In this document: positions 45,745 through 59,729 of the stretch, piece after piece
Position numbering within the stretch: position 1 is the stretch's first letter
Layout of the letters: every line of letters starts with the position of its first letter
DNA from: the human T2T-CHM13v2.0 reference genome, Homo sapiens
DNA: 64,000 nucleotides
NCBI RefSeq assembly: GCF_009914755.1
Contig: NC_060933.1
Direction: 5' to 3' (one strand)
The notes under the pieces: model-generated
The model's database searches: none
Seen by the model: the letters and a program-made list of their open reading frames with translations, nothing else
Told to the model about the DNA's origin: nothing
Program-made: the position numbers and the translations under genes

Positions 45745-46477
45745 ATTTTTTATATATATATATTTTTTTATTATACTTTAAGTTCTAGGGTACATGTGCA
45801 CAATGTGCAGGTTTGTTACATATGTATACATGTGCCATGTTGGTGTGCTGCACCCATTAACTCATCATTTACATTAGGTATATCTCCTAATGCTATCCCT
45901 CCCCCCTCCCCTCACCCCACAATAGGCCCCTGTGTGTGATGTTCCCCTTCCTGTGTCCAAGTGTTCTCAATGTTCAATTCCCACCTATGAGTGAGAACAT
46001 GTGGTGTTTGGTTTTTTGTCCTTGCGACAGTTTGCTGAGACTGATGGTTTCCAGCTTCATCCATGTCCCTACAAAGGACATGAACTCATCCTTTTTTATG
46101 GCTGCATAGTATTCCATGGGTATATGTGCCACATTTTCTTAATCCAGTCTATCATTGTTGGACATTTGGGTTGGTTCCAAGTCTTTGCTATTGTGAATAG
46201 TGCCGCAATAAACATACGTGTGCATGTGTCTTTATAGCAGCATGATTTATAATCCTTTGGGTGTATACCCAGTAATGGGATGGCTGGATCAAATAGTGCT
46301 TCTAGTTCTAGATCCCTGAGGAATCGCCACACTGTCTTCCACAATGGTTGAACTAGTTTACAGTCCCACCAACAGTGTAAAAGTGTTCCTGTTTCTCCAC
46401 ATCCTCTCCAGCACCTGTTGTTTCCTGACTTTTTAATGATCGCCATTCTAACTGGTGTGAGATGGTATCTCATTTTG
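45745..46477 (-). mobile_element. 5'-truncated L1PA (L1PA4/5-like)
   Basis: ORF2 C-terminus on the minus strand; TSD aacaccagcaactt (45731-45744) / aacaccagcaattt (46478-46491). Confidence 0.96.
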
Positions 46478-46799
46478 AACACCAGCAATTTAAAAGAGAA
46501 ACACTGCCTGAACTTGCACGTGCACAGTGAAACAAACCTCCTTAATGGAACGCATGTAAGATTTTCAATGTTTTTATGGTAAATATTCAAGCAGGTGATC
46601 TAAGCAGGTCAAAATTCTCAGAAGTGAGTCTTGATTTTCTAATTGAGGGAATTTAGAAAGATGTGTTTTGGCATATGTGCAATGAGTAAATTTTCTGTAC
46701 TCCTTAGAAGAAAAGTTAAACAGGATTAATAACATATCCCATTAAGTTTCTTGGGTAGACACAACTACACGCCTACCTAGTATCTATTCTCCATTTCTT

Positions 46800-47230
46800 A
46801 AATTAATGATTTTCTTGGAGATCTCAATGTGCTCAGCTTAAAACAGAACAAAACAAAAAGAAAACACATGCATTTCATAATCTTTCTTGCAGCTAAGGAT
46901 AGGTCATGTGACACAGGTCTGGCCAATGAATGTAAGCAGAAATCAAGTGCACACTTCTGACATTTTTTTTTCTTGGAATAAACACTACTGTCTTCTTCTT
47001 TCCCCCGTCTGAAAAATATAGACACAATTACTAAAGCTGGAGTTTCAACAGCCATCAGCTAACTATAAGGAAAGTACCAAGAACATTGCAGAAATCTCTG
47101 TTCTGATCTCCCAAGGTATAAAGCAAATACTAATATAGCACACGACTGGACTTACTATGTGAGGAAAATAAATGTGTTTTTCAAACCAAAACTTTAAAGA
47201 TTTTAGTTACATTTAGCTGAAATTCAATCT
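46800..47230 (+). mobile_element. Old MaLR LTR (MLT1-type)
   Basis: ttgcagctaaggataggtcatgtgacacaggtctggccaatgaatgtaagcagaa...ttagttacatttagctgaa. Confidence 0.65.
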
Positions 47231-49812
47231 CAGAATAAATAATTCCTCAAGAACATCAACCAAACCATTTCTTATCTTTTTCTTCTCCCAACTTCCTAAC
47301 ATACACGGTTTTCTCAACAAAATAGGAATTAATTAATAAGTGATTGAATGAATTAAGCAACCATTCCACTATTTATAGCAATATCTATTTGAAATTTCTA
47401 GAAAAAAAGCAAAGTTAAATGCTATGTCAGGTAAACCTACTTGAATTCAAAATAAACTACTGAACATTGTGAGTCACAGAATACATATTAAGATATTTTA
47501 AAAGTGGTCACTATTCTAAGATCTGTCAGTGAGATATAGACCTCTATGATAGACAGCCTCCTTCATGAAGAAGAGGCATTAAAGTTTTGAAATCAGATCT
47601 GTTATAATTAACTGCTTTTCTGTAATCACCTAGGCCAGAAATGGAAAGGAAGTTAACATGAGCATGGAGAAAATCAGCAGAATCAATCTTAGGATAATGG
47701 AGAATGTAGAGGCAGACGAAATACAGTGAGGGAATTAAAGTTCAGCCCTTCCTTCCTCAAGAAGGTCTCCGAACAATATACAAAGATTGACAGATAAGGA
47801 AATGAAGTGTATCTCCTTGTCTGTTCAAGAACTTGTGTCAAGGACCCCTGACTGCACTGGTCAATTTTAGATTTCAGAGAAGTCTAAACTTTTGAAAAGT
47901 AGCTCTGCATTATGGAAAAATTAGACTCCTCTACACTCTGCTACTTGAAGAGCAGCTCCTGGACGAGCAGCGTTAGCATCAACTGGAAACGTGAAGTGCA
48001 GAGTCTTGGGTCCCATCTCAGACTATTGAATCAAATTATTCTTTTGTATATTGAATTTTGAGATGTACTGTACTAGAAAACCTTATTAAATATTGTCTCT
48101 TTGATGTCTGAGTAGTTATTTGACTATACTTCTCTAAGTTCCAGATGTCAAATAATTTTTTAGAATGTCTCTCACAACTTTTCCACACAATTTCATAAAA
48201 TGAATATTTTAAAAATATACTCTTGAAAGAAATTGATAATGAAAAAAAGGTGAGCCCCCATTTTTCCCTGGAGATTGGGAAGACATGTGCCATTCACTAA
48301 AAATTACATTTACTAAATCTAGAAACTGGATCCTTTGCCAATGTGATATACTTTCTTTCGTTTTCTGTTTAAGGGTGAGGTTTTGACTGTGTCATTTAAG
48401 GGCCTATGAAGTCCTTGGAAATTTGGTCTTCTCTCCCTTTTACCAATGTACTTTCACTTGTAGGCAAGCTCTAAATGAATGGCATGAGGAAGAGCAGATG
48501 ACTTGACTAGAAGGCAGATGATTTATTTTCCTTGAGTTTACCATCATTTTCAGACATTCTTAAGAAAAATGAATTATACATAAGTTAGGATATTGGAATT
48601 CTCTTTGCTGACAAGGCCTATCCCAGGAATGATACAACTGTGAGTAAAGTTATTGTCTCTACATTCCTTCAAAGAAACATGTCAGGGTAGGACCAGCATG
48701 GTTAATTTACCAAGGGCTTGCTTCTCCAGTTCACAGATGTGTATATTCTTTGGAAGTAGTGGTTGCAGTTTTAAACACTACATCCCAGATGTGCAGACAA
48801 GATACAACTTCTTTATTTTCTCTGTAACCTATCATATTTTCCTTACGACCAGGGATGGGGACACTATACTTTAGTTCAACTTCATAAATATAGTCTGATT
48901 CAATAAATAGTCTATTTGGTAATTGTTTAATCTTTTTTAGGTGAAAGGCTCAGTCCTTCAGATTCCATCTACCCCTGCCCAGCTCCTCCCCAAGAAGACC
49001 TTTGGATGAATAGGAAAGGTATGGGGTTTACATGACCTCATGATACCCTAGGTGAGCAGTGCTCTTGAAGTCACACTTTGTGTTGTCCTCTCTTTTCTCT
49101 GCTGATGCATGGCTGTTCTGGACTGCTCTCCCTTTCCAAATAGTCCCTCTCTCAGTCACATCTAACTATGACTGAGTGATTTAGCTTCACCATGGATCAC
49201 ACTGATACTGCAGACCCCTCTAAGACTGTGGCATGTTCTTCATTTCTATCTTGGCCTAGGCTACCCAACCCAGTCACTTGATGCCTTGCCTCAAAGCTCA
49301 GTGGTAACTCACTGCCCACAAATCAGATTCCTTCAGCATCTGCAAGGAACATGCAGTCATCCCTGACTTCTTCATCTGCCTTCCTTGCTACCTTCAGCCA
49401 ATGAAGTGTGGCATTTTCCTTGGCCTTGAAGGAAGTAGGTGCCACCAAGGTAGAATTCTACAAAGCCAGTTTGGAGGATGGTGGAGTAGAAAGACTGCAA
49501 GAGCCTTGTATTCTGTCTTCTTGCTCTTTTTCTCTCTTCTCCTCCAACATCTCTAGAAATAGAGGGTGCAGATTTCTGGCTTTTCAATTTCCCTACACCA
49601 GTGCTACCCAGACTAGTGCCAGGCCATGGACTGTCACTGGCCCACAATAAGATACACACAAAAATCAAGAGTAAATTTCTAGATACAATTTAACAGGGTA
49701 ATTTCATATCTACCAAATGTAATTTAAAATGTTAGGCTTTTATTTTATGTGTCTTTGTTTTTCTATTTCATTTTTCTCATAACTCACTTTTATTGTATTT
49801 TTTAAATGATAG

Positions 49813-50735
49813 TGTGGGAGCCCAGGGAAAACTTCCTCTTCAACCTCTAAAGAAGCAGTCCCCAACTTTTCTGGCACCAGGGACCAGTTTCATGAAAGCC
49901 AATGTTTCCACAAAGGGGGGCTGGGGGTTGGTTTCAGGATGAAACTGTTCCAGCTCAGATCATCAGGCATTAGATTCTCATAAGGAGTGTAACCTAGATT
50001 CCTCACATGTGCAGTTCACAATAGGGTTCGTGCTCCTATGAGAATCTGATGTCATCACTGATCTGACAGGAGTCAGAGCTCAGGCGTTAATGCTCGCCAG
50101 CCCGCTGCTCACCTCCTGCTGTGCAGCCCGGTTCCTAACAGGCCATGAAGTAGTACCCGTCTGTGGCCCAGGGGTTGGGGCCCCTGCTGTAAAGTTTTGC
50201 TTAAAAAAATCAACTGACAAAAGGCAGATTAATTGGAGAAAAGGCATACAAATTTATTAACATGTACATGGAGAGAACCACAGAGTGACTCCTACAACCC
50301 CTCAATGGGATGCAAAAGCTTATTTACCATCTTGAGGTTACAGAAAGAATGAAGGCTCAGAGCATGGCCAAAAAGGTTATGGTGGTAAATCAGGATTTAC
50401 TGGCAAGACAGGTAAGAGGGAGAGGAGAGACTTGGCTGGCAAAGATGGTCATGTTACCTAGGTGAAACCTCACAGGTAATATCCCTCCAAGAGAATAAAT
50501 GGTAAATATTTCTTTCAGACCTTTAAAGGTGTCAGGCTCCCATTAATCTTTCCTAGATCCAGTCAAGGGAAGGTTTCAGAGAAAGCCTGGATGCATCAAT
50601 GTAAATTTTCTCTTTAGATGCAAATCTCCACAAAAGAGCTTTGCAAGGCTACTTCCGTTTGCAGGCCCTCTGAACAGCCGTCTCAAAATATGTGAAAGAA
50701 GTGTCTATGGGAGTGAAATATTTTTACTTCTTTCA
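49813..50735 (-). mobile_element. ERV1 solo LTR (MER34/MER39 family) interrupted by MER1B
   Basis: Minus strand begins tgaaagaagtaaaaatatttcac...catattttgagacggctgttcagagggcctgc; TG..CA termini; 4-bp TSD atag (49809-49812 / 50736-50739). Confidence 0.8.
49853..50186 (+). mobile_element. MER1B (hAT-Charlie) DNA transposon
   Basis: TIRs (a)agcagtccccaac ... gttggggcccctg; 8-bp TSD ctctaaag / ctgtaaag. Confidence 0.92.
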
Positions 50736-52182
50736 ATAGAACAAGATGTGTTAGAAACTTTTTAAAAGTGGTTTCTCCCACAGATAGTTTGAGAGGCACT
50801 GCTCCTCATTGCATCTGCTCTCTATTCAGCAAGCCTAAGGAAGAGGATCATTGATGGAAGGGACATCCTCTCTGTCCTGCTCTCTGCACCACAGAAGAAA
50901 CATAAGGAGTTCACCAGACTTGAGTCTGGGTATGCTACAAAAATGTGACTTCTTTTCCTGACAAAGCCTGGATTTTGAACTTATTTTCAAGTTGTAGATG
51001 CAAGCTAAAATCTAATTTGACAGTCAAAGCTGGACAAGGACTCCCCTGTGTTCTGGTGGGGACTATGTTCTGACACCTTTTCCCTGAAGCACGGAAACCC
51101 ATTGTTTCAATGAGTGGGAAGTCCTAAAGCAATGTGATCTACAGGATAAGAAGACACACCAAAAAAAATATCCTGAAGTTGCTGATGTAAGAAGGATGGT
51201 TGGAGAACAGCTCTATTTCAAGAACATCTGAATATGATGTTTTTCATAATCTTAAAAAAACCTGTATCGGTAATCAATACAATACATTCCAAGTGACCCT
51301 ATTTTTTTGCAAAAGAAGAAGAAAATCTCTAGAAAACCATTTGCATTCATATAAGCTTTACAATGTCTGAAACAAATGTTTAGGCCTCAGTCTTTTCCAG
51401 TTCAAAGACCAATGAAAATAATTTGTAGACCACACTTGAACAACCACAAATTGAGTGCTGTTCCTAAAGGAAGCTTTCGCAGCTGGGATGCCTGAAACAA
51501 TTCTGGCATTAAGTGGGTGAATATTATTATTAATAATATTTAATTAAGTTTCTACCTGAGCACCCTGCTGAAAGACTCTCTAAAAACTAGTCTAACATCA
51601 TTAATCTAACAAAATAAGGGCCAAATTAGGAAACAGAAGAAGGCTACAGTTTTATCATTGTACTGACCTATCTTAGAGGTAACGTTGACTCTCCTTAGAG
51701 ATAGTTTCCAAAATACTATTACTCAGTTGAAGAAAAGTTAGACCATGCTCAAGAATAATTGTTTTGAGATTGTCTTATGCCCCACAACCTCCCTGCAAGT
51801 GCCATTTTGCTATGTTCCTTAAAACCACCTCTTTTTCAAGGATTCAATTCCCTTAAGTCTGCCTGCCAGCCTTTGTCTCAACTCAACTCAAAATGGCAAG
51901 GATATGACTTGGTTTATCTACCCAAGTTGATGGATAACCAATTAGACTTTAGTGTGACTGTATATGCTTCTATACACACTCTATATACTTCTCAAGAAGT
52001 ATTTGTAGTGTTTGCCTTTGATCTATAATTGTAGCTTGGAAGCTCTTTTTTTCCTATTCAGTAGACTTCAGATAACTGCAAGCCATAGGCAGTCTCTCTC
52101 ATTTGAAAAGAGAAAATCTTTTCTTCAAGGACGATATCTGGTCTCCCCAACCCAGATGGTCCCTGCTTCCTGAGCAGACCTA

Positions 52183-52482
52183 TTTTGTTTGTTGTTGTTT
52201 TGAGACAGGGTCTCTCTCTGTTGACGAGGCTAGAGTGCGGTGGTGTGATCATGGCTCACTGCTGTGTTGACCTCCCAGGCTTAAGCAATCCTCCCACCTC
52301 AGCCTCCTGAGTAGCGGGGACCACAGGCATGTACCATCACACTTGGAAAATATTTTTATTTTTATTAGAGACAGGGTCTCCCCATGTGGCCCAAGCTGAT
52401 CTCTAACTCCTGAGCTCAAGTGATCCTCCTGCCTTGGCTTCCCAAAGAGCTGGGATTACAGATGTGAGCCACCATGCCTAGC
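52183..52482 (-). mobile_element. AluJ
   Basis: gagacagggtctc...gatcatggctcactgc...ttaagcaatcctcccacctcagcc. Confidence 0.93.
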
Positions 52483-52814
52483 TTCTATTAATAATGTCAG
52501 TAAGAAGGTATTGCCCTTCTCCACCAGCTCCTAAAATTAGGTAGGGCTGTGGCCTTCTTGCCTTTGAAGATGACATTCCCAATCACAGTTAATATATTAA
52601 AATATATTCACATAGATTAAATATAGTATATGTAATTATATTGACTAAATTCTGCTACACCTGATGCTTTGATATATTGTCAAATTTTGTAGACATTTGT
52701 TTCATTTGGTAGCTTTATTTATTTTACTTATTTTAATGTATTTATTTATTTCAGTGTGGTAGTTTTCTTATTTTGATGCCAATTTGTTTTTAGCTGTCTA
52801 ATATTTTTATTAGT

Positions 52815-53302
52815 TGTCTTGGGTCAGGTTTCCTAGAAGCAAAACCTGACATGAAGATTCATGAACAAGTGGTTTATTACAGAAGGATTCCTAGGAGAAA
52901 ATGATAAGGATTTGAAAGAAGTAGTGGGGAAGTCAGGGCAAGACTGGGAAGGGGAAGAACCCAAGCAAGGCTGTAATTGCAGATAAAGTTGCAATCTCAG
53001 CCTAATCCTATGGGGAGCTCTAGAGTATAAATCACATGGCAAGCTTTGTCCCACTTGTTGAGGCAAATAAGTCAGGCTTTTGTACCCTTCCATCAGTCAA
53101 TCACCAGCTGTCAGTCAGTGGATAGGAATATTCTCAGGCACTTCCCTCAGTGATGAGACAGTTTATATATCCAAAGACAGTCCTCTGCAGAGGCAAGGGA
53201 GCCTTTAGCAAAAGAGAATACGGACGCTGAGGGGACAGGGCATAGTGCTGGGGAAAGGAATTGGAGAGGGAAGCACCTGGGCAGGACAGAGTGTTCACTA
53301 CA
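52815..53302 (-). mobile_element. ERVL LTR (LTR33-like)
   Basis: tgtcttgggtcaggtttcctagaagcaaaacctga...gtgttcactaca. Confidence 0.7.
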
Positions 53303-54189
53303 GCAGTCATTGAAAAGATCATAAGCACCATGCCTGGAGCACCGAAAAGATGAAATAAGCCTTGAAATCCAGATGGTTTCTGGCATATCACAGGTCTGCT
53401 AGACTTTTCTTTTCTCTCCTCTAACCCAATGCTATCTTTTACTCCCCCTTTTCATCCTTTGCCAAAGACTTTCTGAAAATTGTTTGTAATATCTGGTACA
53501 CCTAAAGAATCTGTTAGGTCCTCAGTATTAAACAGAAGAGATAAGTGTTTTCACATCCTATCTGATAAAATGAAGGACACAAATTTAAAAATGATTGTCT
53601 ATTTTTAATGTTATAATTTCATATTTACCTCTCTCATTCTTGGATTTGTTCTTACTCAATAATAGCTTCCAACATTGTAACCTGGAGTTGTTCTCACTCT
53701 CTTACTAAATGATTTGAATCCAATTCCAAGAATAATGCTGCCACCCTATTTATAATACACTTGCACCTCCAATTGATTCCTTTCACAGTGCAATCCTCAG
53801 GTACAGATCTAAAGTTTTCTACTTCATAATGTAAAAGAATGTAAGAGACTATCTCATGACAGGAAGAAGACTCTACAGAAAAACCTTTTTTTGAAACCCC
53901 ATAGCCCAGACAGTAGCACGTTATTTTTGGTGAAGAATTATCTGAAAATATAAATGGTATCTTAATCAGTGTTCAATGGAGAACCAAGAAGGGAAAGAGG
54001 AAGGAGTAAACTTTGAGGAGAGTCTCTTTTCACTGATTTTGTTTAGGATTGCAAGTACCTAGTGTTTATGAAAAGCAACTGGCTTTTAGTGGGTTCTAAT
54101 TCTCAGCAGGCAATTCATCCCCTTATTCCTTGCACCCCAGGCAGATCACTTCTACTGCTACCATTCCTCTCCACTTCGGTTTGCTTTTG

Positions 54190-54460
54190 GGTGATGTAGT
54201 TTGTCCTAAGACCAGTGAGTTCCATGAGTATTATCACATTGCCACTCCTTTTGCTGTAAAATAAGTTCCTTGGATAAAAGCCCTATGAAGAAGGATATGA
54301 TGGCAGTGAATAAGGCACACTGTCATCCAGGAATAGTGGTCTGGGCAAAGGCACTGCAAGCGTGGAAAGCAAATTTGAATTTGGAATACATCTCTGTTCC
54401 ACGTGGACACATCTTTGCCTTCTCCAGGTGGCCAGCTATTTTTCCCAGGAATCATATTCT
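54190..54460 (-). mobile_element. ERVL internal (pol/integrase) remnant
   Basis: ORF 54234..54455 CLIHCHHILLHRAFIQGTYFTAKGV resembles the integrase core segment ...LIHRHGIPHSIASDQGTHFTAKEV. Confidence 0.6.
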
Positions 54461-56384
54461 ATCAGGGGCTCATTGCTGGCCTCTGTGCTACAGCAATGGT
54501 CATAGCCAGATCAGCGTTGTTGATGTGCTGTGGCTGAGCTCGTACATACCCTTATTTGTGACGTTATAAAAGTCTTCTCTTGATTCCTGATGTAAGTTTT
54601 CAGTTCAAGGCCCTAAACTTATTGTTTTCTTTTAATAAGCTCTCTAACACAGTCAGGCACAGTTGACACACTGTGTCTATAACCTTTGTAACCACCATTG
54701 TTGCATAGCAATCAGATGCCACCTTTATGTGATCACTCAAAACCTTGCTCTCCATCACCTAAAACCATCACCAATGATAATTTTAGAAATCGTGGCACTG
54801 CTACCTGTCACCCATTAACAGGGTGCGATTTCTGTCTAGCAAGGAGTTTATTCATGTGTCCATAAAACATATGAGCCACTCTAGTTTCAGAATCTTCTCC
54901 AGAATGTCTGTTTCATGAGGCTACTCTTGGTACCAACTACTGTATCAGGCAGGGTCTTAACAAGAGAACGTGGGCACACAGCAGGGCAGAAAAGGTGGAT
55001 AATGGAGCCAGAGGACAGGCGGGCCAATATACAGGATGCTTAACAAGGGCAAGTAATCAAAAACTCATTTATATTAATATTTCTATAAAAGAATTCCTAT
55101 TGGTTTTGTCATTCTTCCTTAGGTATATATGCATGACTCTTCCTAACCTTTTCTTCTCTTATTCCACAATTCTAGCTCTTGGCTTTCCATCCATATCACA
55201 CCAATTTGATTTAATACCTGGCTCCACTACTAGACTAATAGCCCAGTAGAGTGAGCACTGCAGAAGGCTTCAGTGTTAGCACCCATGACCATAGCAAACT
55301 GTGTGCCTACCAGCTATTTATTTGAGTTTTCAGGACAACCTCTACACAGATACCTAATCCTCTATTTTTCTTAAAATTGTTGGATTTTTTTTTCAGCATG
55401 TGGGATGTTGCTTGGTCTAAACATGATGAGGCATGGCATAATGAGTGTCAGGAAGGTCAGGAAAATGTAGGGGGGATATTTGTCAAGGAAAAGAAAACAA
55501 ATAACTTTCTGCCAGATCTTTCATTCCAGACATGCTGGAAACTCACACCATCATAGGCTTGGGTAGTCAAAGCAAACTTTAAGTAGTGCTAAGAAACCTT
55601 TGACATGTGTGAATTGGCAGTCCATGTTGCTTCTGATTCAGCATAATTTATTAAGCTTTTTGGCATGTCTGTTAGGAGTTATGAAGCACAAAAACTCATG
55701 CCTCTTTTAAAAGAGAAAAGGTCCTATTCAGTGATTGTGACAATTTACAACAGGATCAAGAAGGCTGGCACTTAGCAGTCGTGGGACATAGCTGGCAGCT
55801 CAGGACCTTGTGGTGGGTAGAATGCATAGCACAGATGTACCCATGAAACTAACATACAGACTTCTGCTTAGGGAAATCACAGTTTTACCTACATCTTACT
55901 CACATGCTATTGCATTGTCAGGGATGGTTTCTTCTCGGTTTCTCTAGATCTAAATCAGATGCCCAGTGTTTAATACCACCTTTAAATCAATGGTATCAGT
56001 GACCAGTTGATTGCTCAGTACAAAAATAGTTCTCCAAAGACAGAGATATGGCTAAATCTATTTAAATTTTAAACTCATTATCTTTCATGATCTGATTAAA
56101 GCCATTAACCTAACCATCCAACTCATAAATGCATTGCAGAGATGGGACACCAGGGTGCAGATGGACTAGCATAATTTCTCTCAAAAGTGTTCCTGAGTGT
56201 TTGTTGTCCTGCTCTGGAACACCACACTGCACCTTCCCATACCACACCATATCATATTCAGTCAATTTGCTTGCTAGTCCAGGGGAGATGGCAGGAAGTT
56301 TCTTTTAATCTCTGGCTTTGTTCCAAAATAAATATTCACTTGAGGTGTCTTAATTGCAGTGGGAAGTAACTCTTGTCTGAAAGG

Positions 56385-57030
56385 TATTCAATTTAACAGG
56401 CATTTGTTGAGAGCCTACTATATGTCCAGCACAATTCTAGGCACTTTGGATACAACAATGAACATAAACAAACAAAAAATCCCTGCCCTCATGAAGCCTA
56501 CATTCCAGAGGAAGAAGAAAGATGTTTTAAAAAATACTTAGAATAGGTCAAGTATATAAAATGATGACCAGAGTAATGAAAATAAAGTAGAAAAAGGAGT
56601 GTCAGGGAGACAGGTAGTGGTCAGTTTTAAATAAGGTGGTGAAGGAAAACGTTATAGAAAAGAAGTCAACATTTGAGCAACAACCTGAAGAAGGTGAGGG
56701 AAAGGGTTGCATGGAGATCAGGGAGGCCAGTGTAGCTGGAGCATAGAGAGGAGCTCAAAGAGGGAAAGAGGAGCCACTGCTTTGTTGAAATTGACTGCAA
56801 GGAGGCAAAGGCAGAGGCAGAGAATTCAGTCAGGAGTCATCGCAATGACCCAAAATGAGAGATGATGGTGGCTTGGGCCAGAAGAGAAGCAGCGAAGTGA
56901 CGAGAAATGGTCAAATTTCAAATATATTTTCAGCTAAAGCTGACAGGATACGCTGATAGATAGGACATAGCATGGAGGAGAATAAGAGGAGTCAAGCTGG
57001 ATCCTGATGCTTTTGGACCGAGAAATTGTA
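56385..57030 (-). mobile_element. L2
   Basis: attcaatttaacaggcatttgttgagagcctactatatgtccagcacaattctaggcact. Confidence 0.85.
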
Positions 57031-58666
57031 GACTGTAAGTAGAATCACCTAGCAAAGAAACCAAGGCAGATACAAGATGGATTTATACATTTATGCTCAC
57101 ATGCAAACAGAAGGTGACATGAGGCTATTTTCTTACGTCTTTCATACATCAGCATGAATTAACTACTGGAGTGTGTCATTTAAAGGACAGGATATGGTCT
57201 GCACACATTTAAGTCTAACAACAGTAAACATTATTCCTGTATGGTTAATTGGGAGTTGACATCACCCTCAGTCAGCCTGTGGTTGAGTCTTGCAGGGAAA
57301 ATGCCACTGAGTTTTCTCAGCCTTAAAAAAATAATGTATGCTTTTATCTGACCTAAAGTCAGGAACTATAAAAGAAGAAATGCAAACTTGGATGCATGAG
57401 CAGAAATGAAATAATATAGCAAATTACTTTGAAGTTAAGGATTTAGTGCAAAAATAAGTTTATCCTGTTGTAAAATTTTAGTCATAAATATCTTTTTTTC
57501 AGTGTGTTTTTTTTTTCTTCCCCACAGTTCTCGGCAGTTTTTTGCTCTCAAAATGTGGGCAAGGTAACAAAAATTTGGCTTAAAAATGTGGGCAAAAGTT
57601 AAAAAATATGTAAATTATGTTATTCTTTTTTCCCCAACAATTAGCCTTATGCTTTCCAAAAACAATCCCAATGTTTATCTCTATTTCCAAGGAAATACAA
57701 ATCTCTGAGAATTTCAAGGATCGCTATTTTGCTTTACTGTTCTCATGTCCTTAGTCAGTTCCTTGTTGTAACTATCTGGTACAACATTTTTGATATCATG
57801 TGAAAGAGGTATGGAAAAGTAGAAAAAACCCCAGACTGAAGCAAGTCAGATTTGGAAGTGTAACCATGAGGAAGTGACTAGAACACTTTAAGCCTCAATT
57901 TACATAAAAGATAGTAATAGATAATATTATTGGATAATTATGGACAATGATACCTGGTTGGGTTGTTGTAAGGCTCAAATTAGTTAACATGTACAAAGCA
58001 CCTATGTAAAAATGTGGAATTTATATGAATAATTATTACTTTCAGCATTTTCAGTAGCTATAGAAACAAAACTTCAGTGGACATTGCTAAATTTTTAAAG
58101 AAATACAATTTTGAGATTAGTCCAAATTTATAAAAAAAATTTTACTCTATCATAAAATAAGGCCTAGCTTTTAAGAACAAATGAGTAGCATTATTCCTTT
58201 TCTCCTGGGTTTTTCCCCCTCATTTTTAAGACCCACGCAGGGCATCACATATTTCACAAATGTAATCTGTCCGTGCTTTATTTCCTAGATCACAATGCCA
58301 AACACAAAAGTCTAGTCATCACTAATCATTTGATCAAGCCCTTGAGTTTGACAATCTCAAACTATGTTATCACACAGAAAATAAGCAGAAGATTCCATAA
58401 CACTAAAGAAAAAAGAGTTTCTTTAAAAACTCTATTCTCCCCTAATGAAAGAAAGAATGTGGTGGACATTGTCCTAGCCTGCTAAGCGTGCCTGCCTTGT
58501 GTGTTTCCCCAGACAGACTCACTGCCTCACTGATCAAAGGGTTGGGCACTGACAAACTGGTCACACTCCTTCCCCAGAATCTTTCAAAAGTTTTAAAAAT
58601 TAGTTTGACAGTATATTTGAGCTGAATTTGAGGGACAGAGCTCACATTCATTGTGTAGATCAATGA

Positions 58667-58850
58667 CACTCAAAGCATGGTCCCAAGCCAGCAGCATCAG
58701 CATCATCTGGAAACTTATTAAAAATGCAAATTTGGGGGCATCACCCTAAACCGAACTGTGTGGGAAATTCTGGGGACAGAGTCCAGGAATCTATTTTTAA
58801 AAACCTTTCAGGTGATGCTGGTGCACTTAACTTTGTAAACCACCAGTGCA
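58667..58850. mobile_element. MER5A
   Basis: ctcaaagcatggtcccaagccagcagcatcagcatcatctggaaacttattaaaaatgcaaat. Confidence 0.8.
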
Positions 58851-59729
58851 AACTAACCCAGATACATAACTCTTTCATCATATGAAATTTCTCTATTGAA
58901 GAAAAATAATGGAACCCGTGGTATATCCAAATATTTGTAGCTCTACCACAACAAAGTCCTCTACTACTTGCTCATACATATGATTTATTAAACTACAGAA
59001 GGAAAAGGTCTTGAATGTATGCTAGTTTCTCATTTTAAAGACCTTTAGAGTTACAGATTAAAGGATAATCATTTTCTTATGTCTGAAACCTCCAACTACC
59101 CAATTCTCCCTTCATAACTGAACTTTTTACAGATTTAGATCTTGCCTATATTTATAACTGCTGCATACAGTCCAACAAACATACTCCACACAATAAGTTT
59201 GAATCTGAACTCTTGTGCAAGGGTCCCTCTGCACTGTGACTTTTAATCAGGAAGTTATGAAACAGCCATTTTTAATAATAATGCTATGTGTTAGATGTGC
59301 CAAGAGATGTTGTAATCTGTCAATGTGTTTGCTCCTGAGGCCTCAAGCTCAAATTTTCAGACAGTTACCAAATGAGTGAAGCAAGCTAAGGATGAGACAG
59401 TAGGCAATGGTGGGGACTATGGCAAGCTGGAATATGCCTGCATGCATTTAATCCAGAGATTCTATTCAAAAATTGTGAAAACATGGTGTAGGCCAAGTGA
59501 AATGTCAGTTATTGGATTCAAGTTATAGGCTGTATTATATGAACTTTGGTTTATTCCTACTGCATTCTTGTAGTTGTGCACCTTTGGACTTAGAAGTAAA
59601 CTGATCCCAGACCAATCACAGAAGCCACAAAGGACTGCTCTATGGAAAACAAGTGTGTTCTTTACTTCACTGCTTCTTACCCAGGTCAGTCCTATCTAAG
59701 AAGCAGGCTCAAAGTTTAGGGGAAATTTT

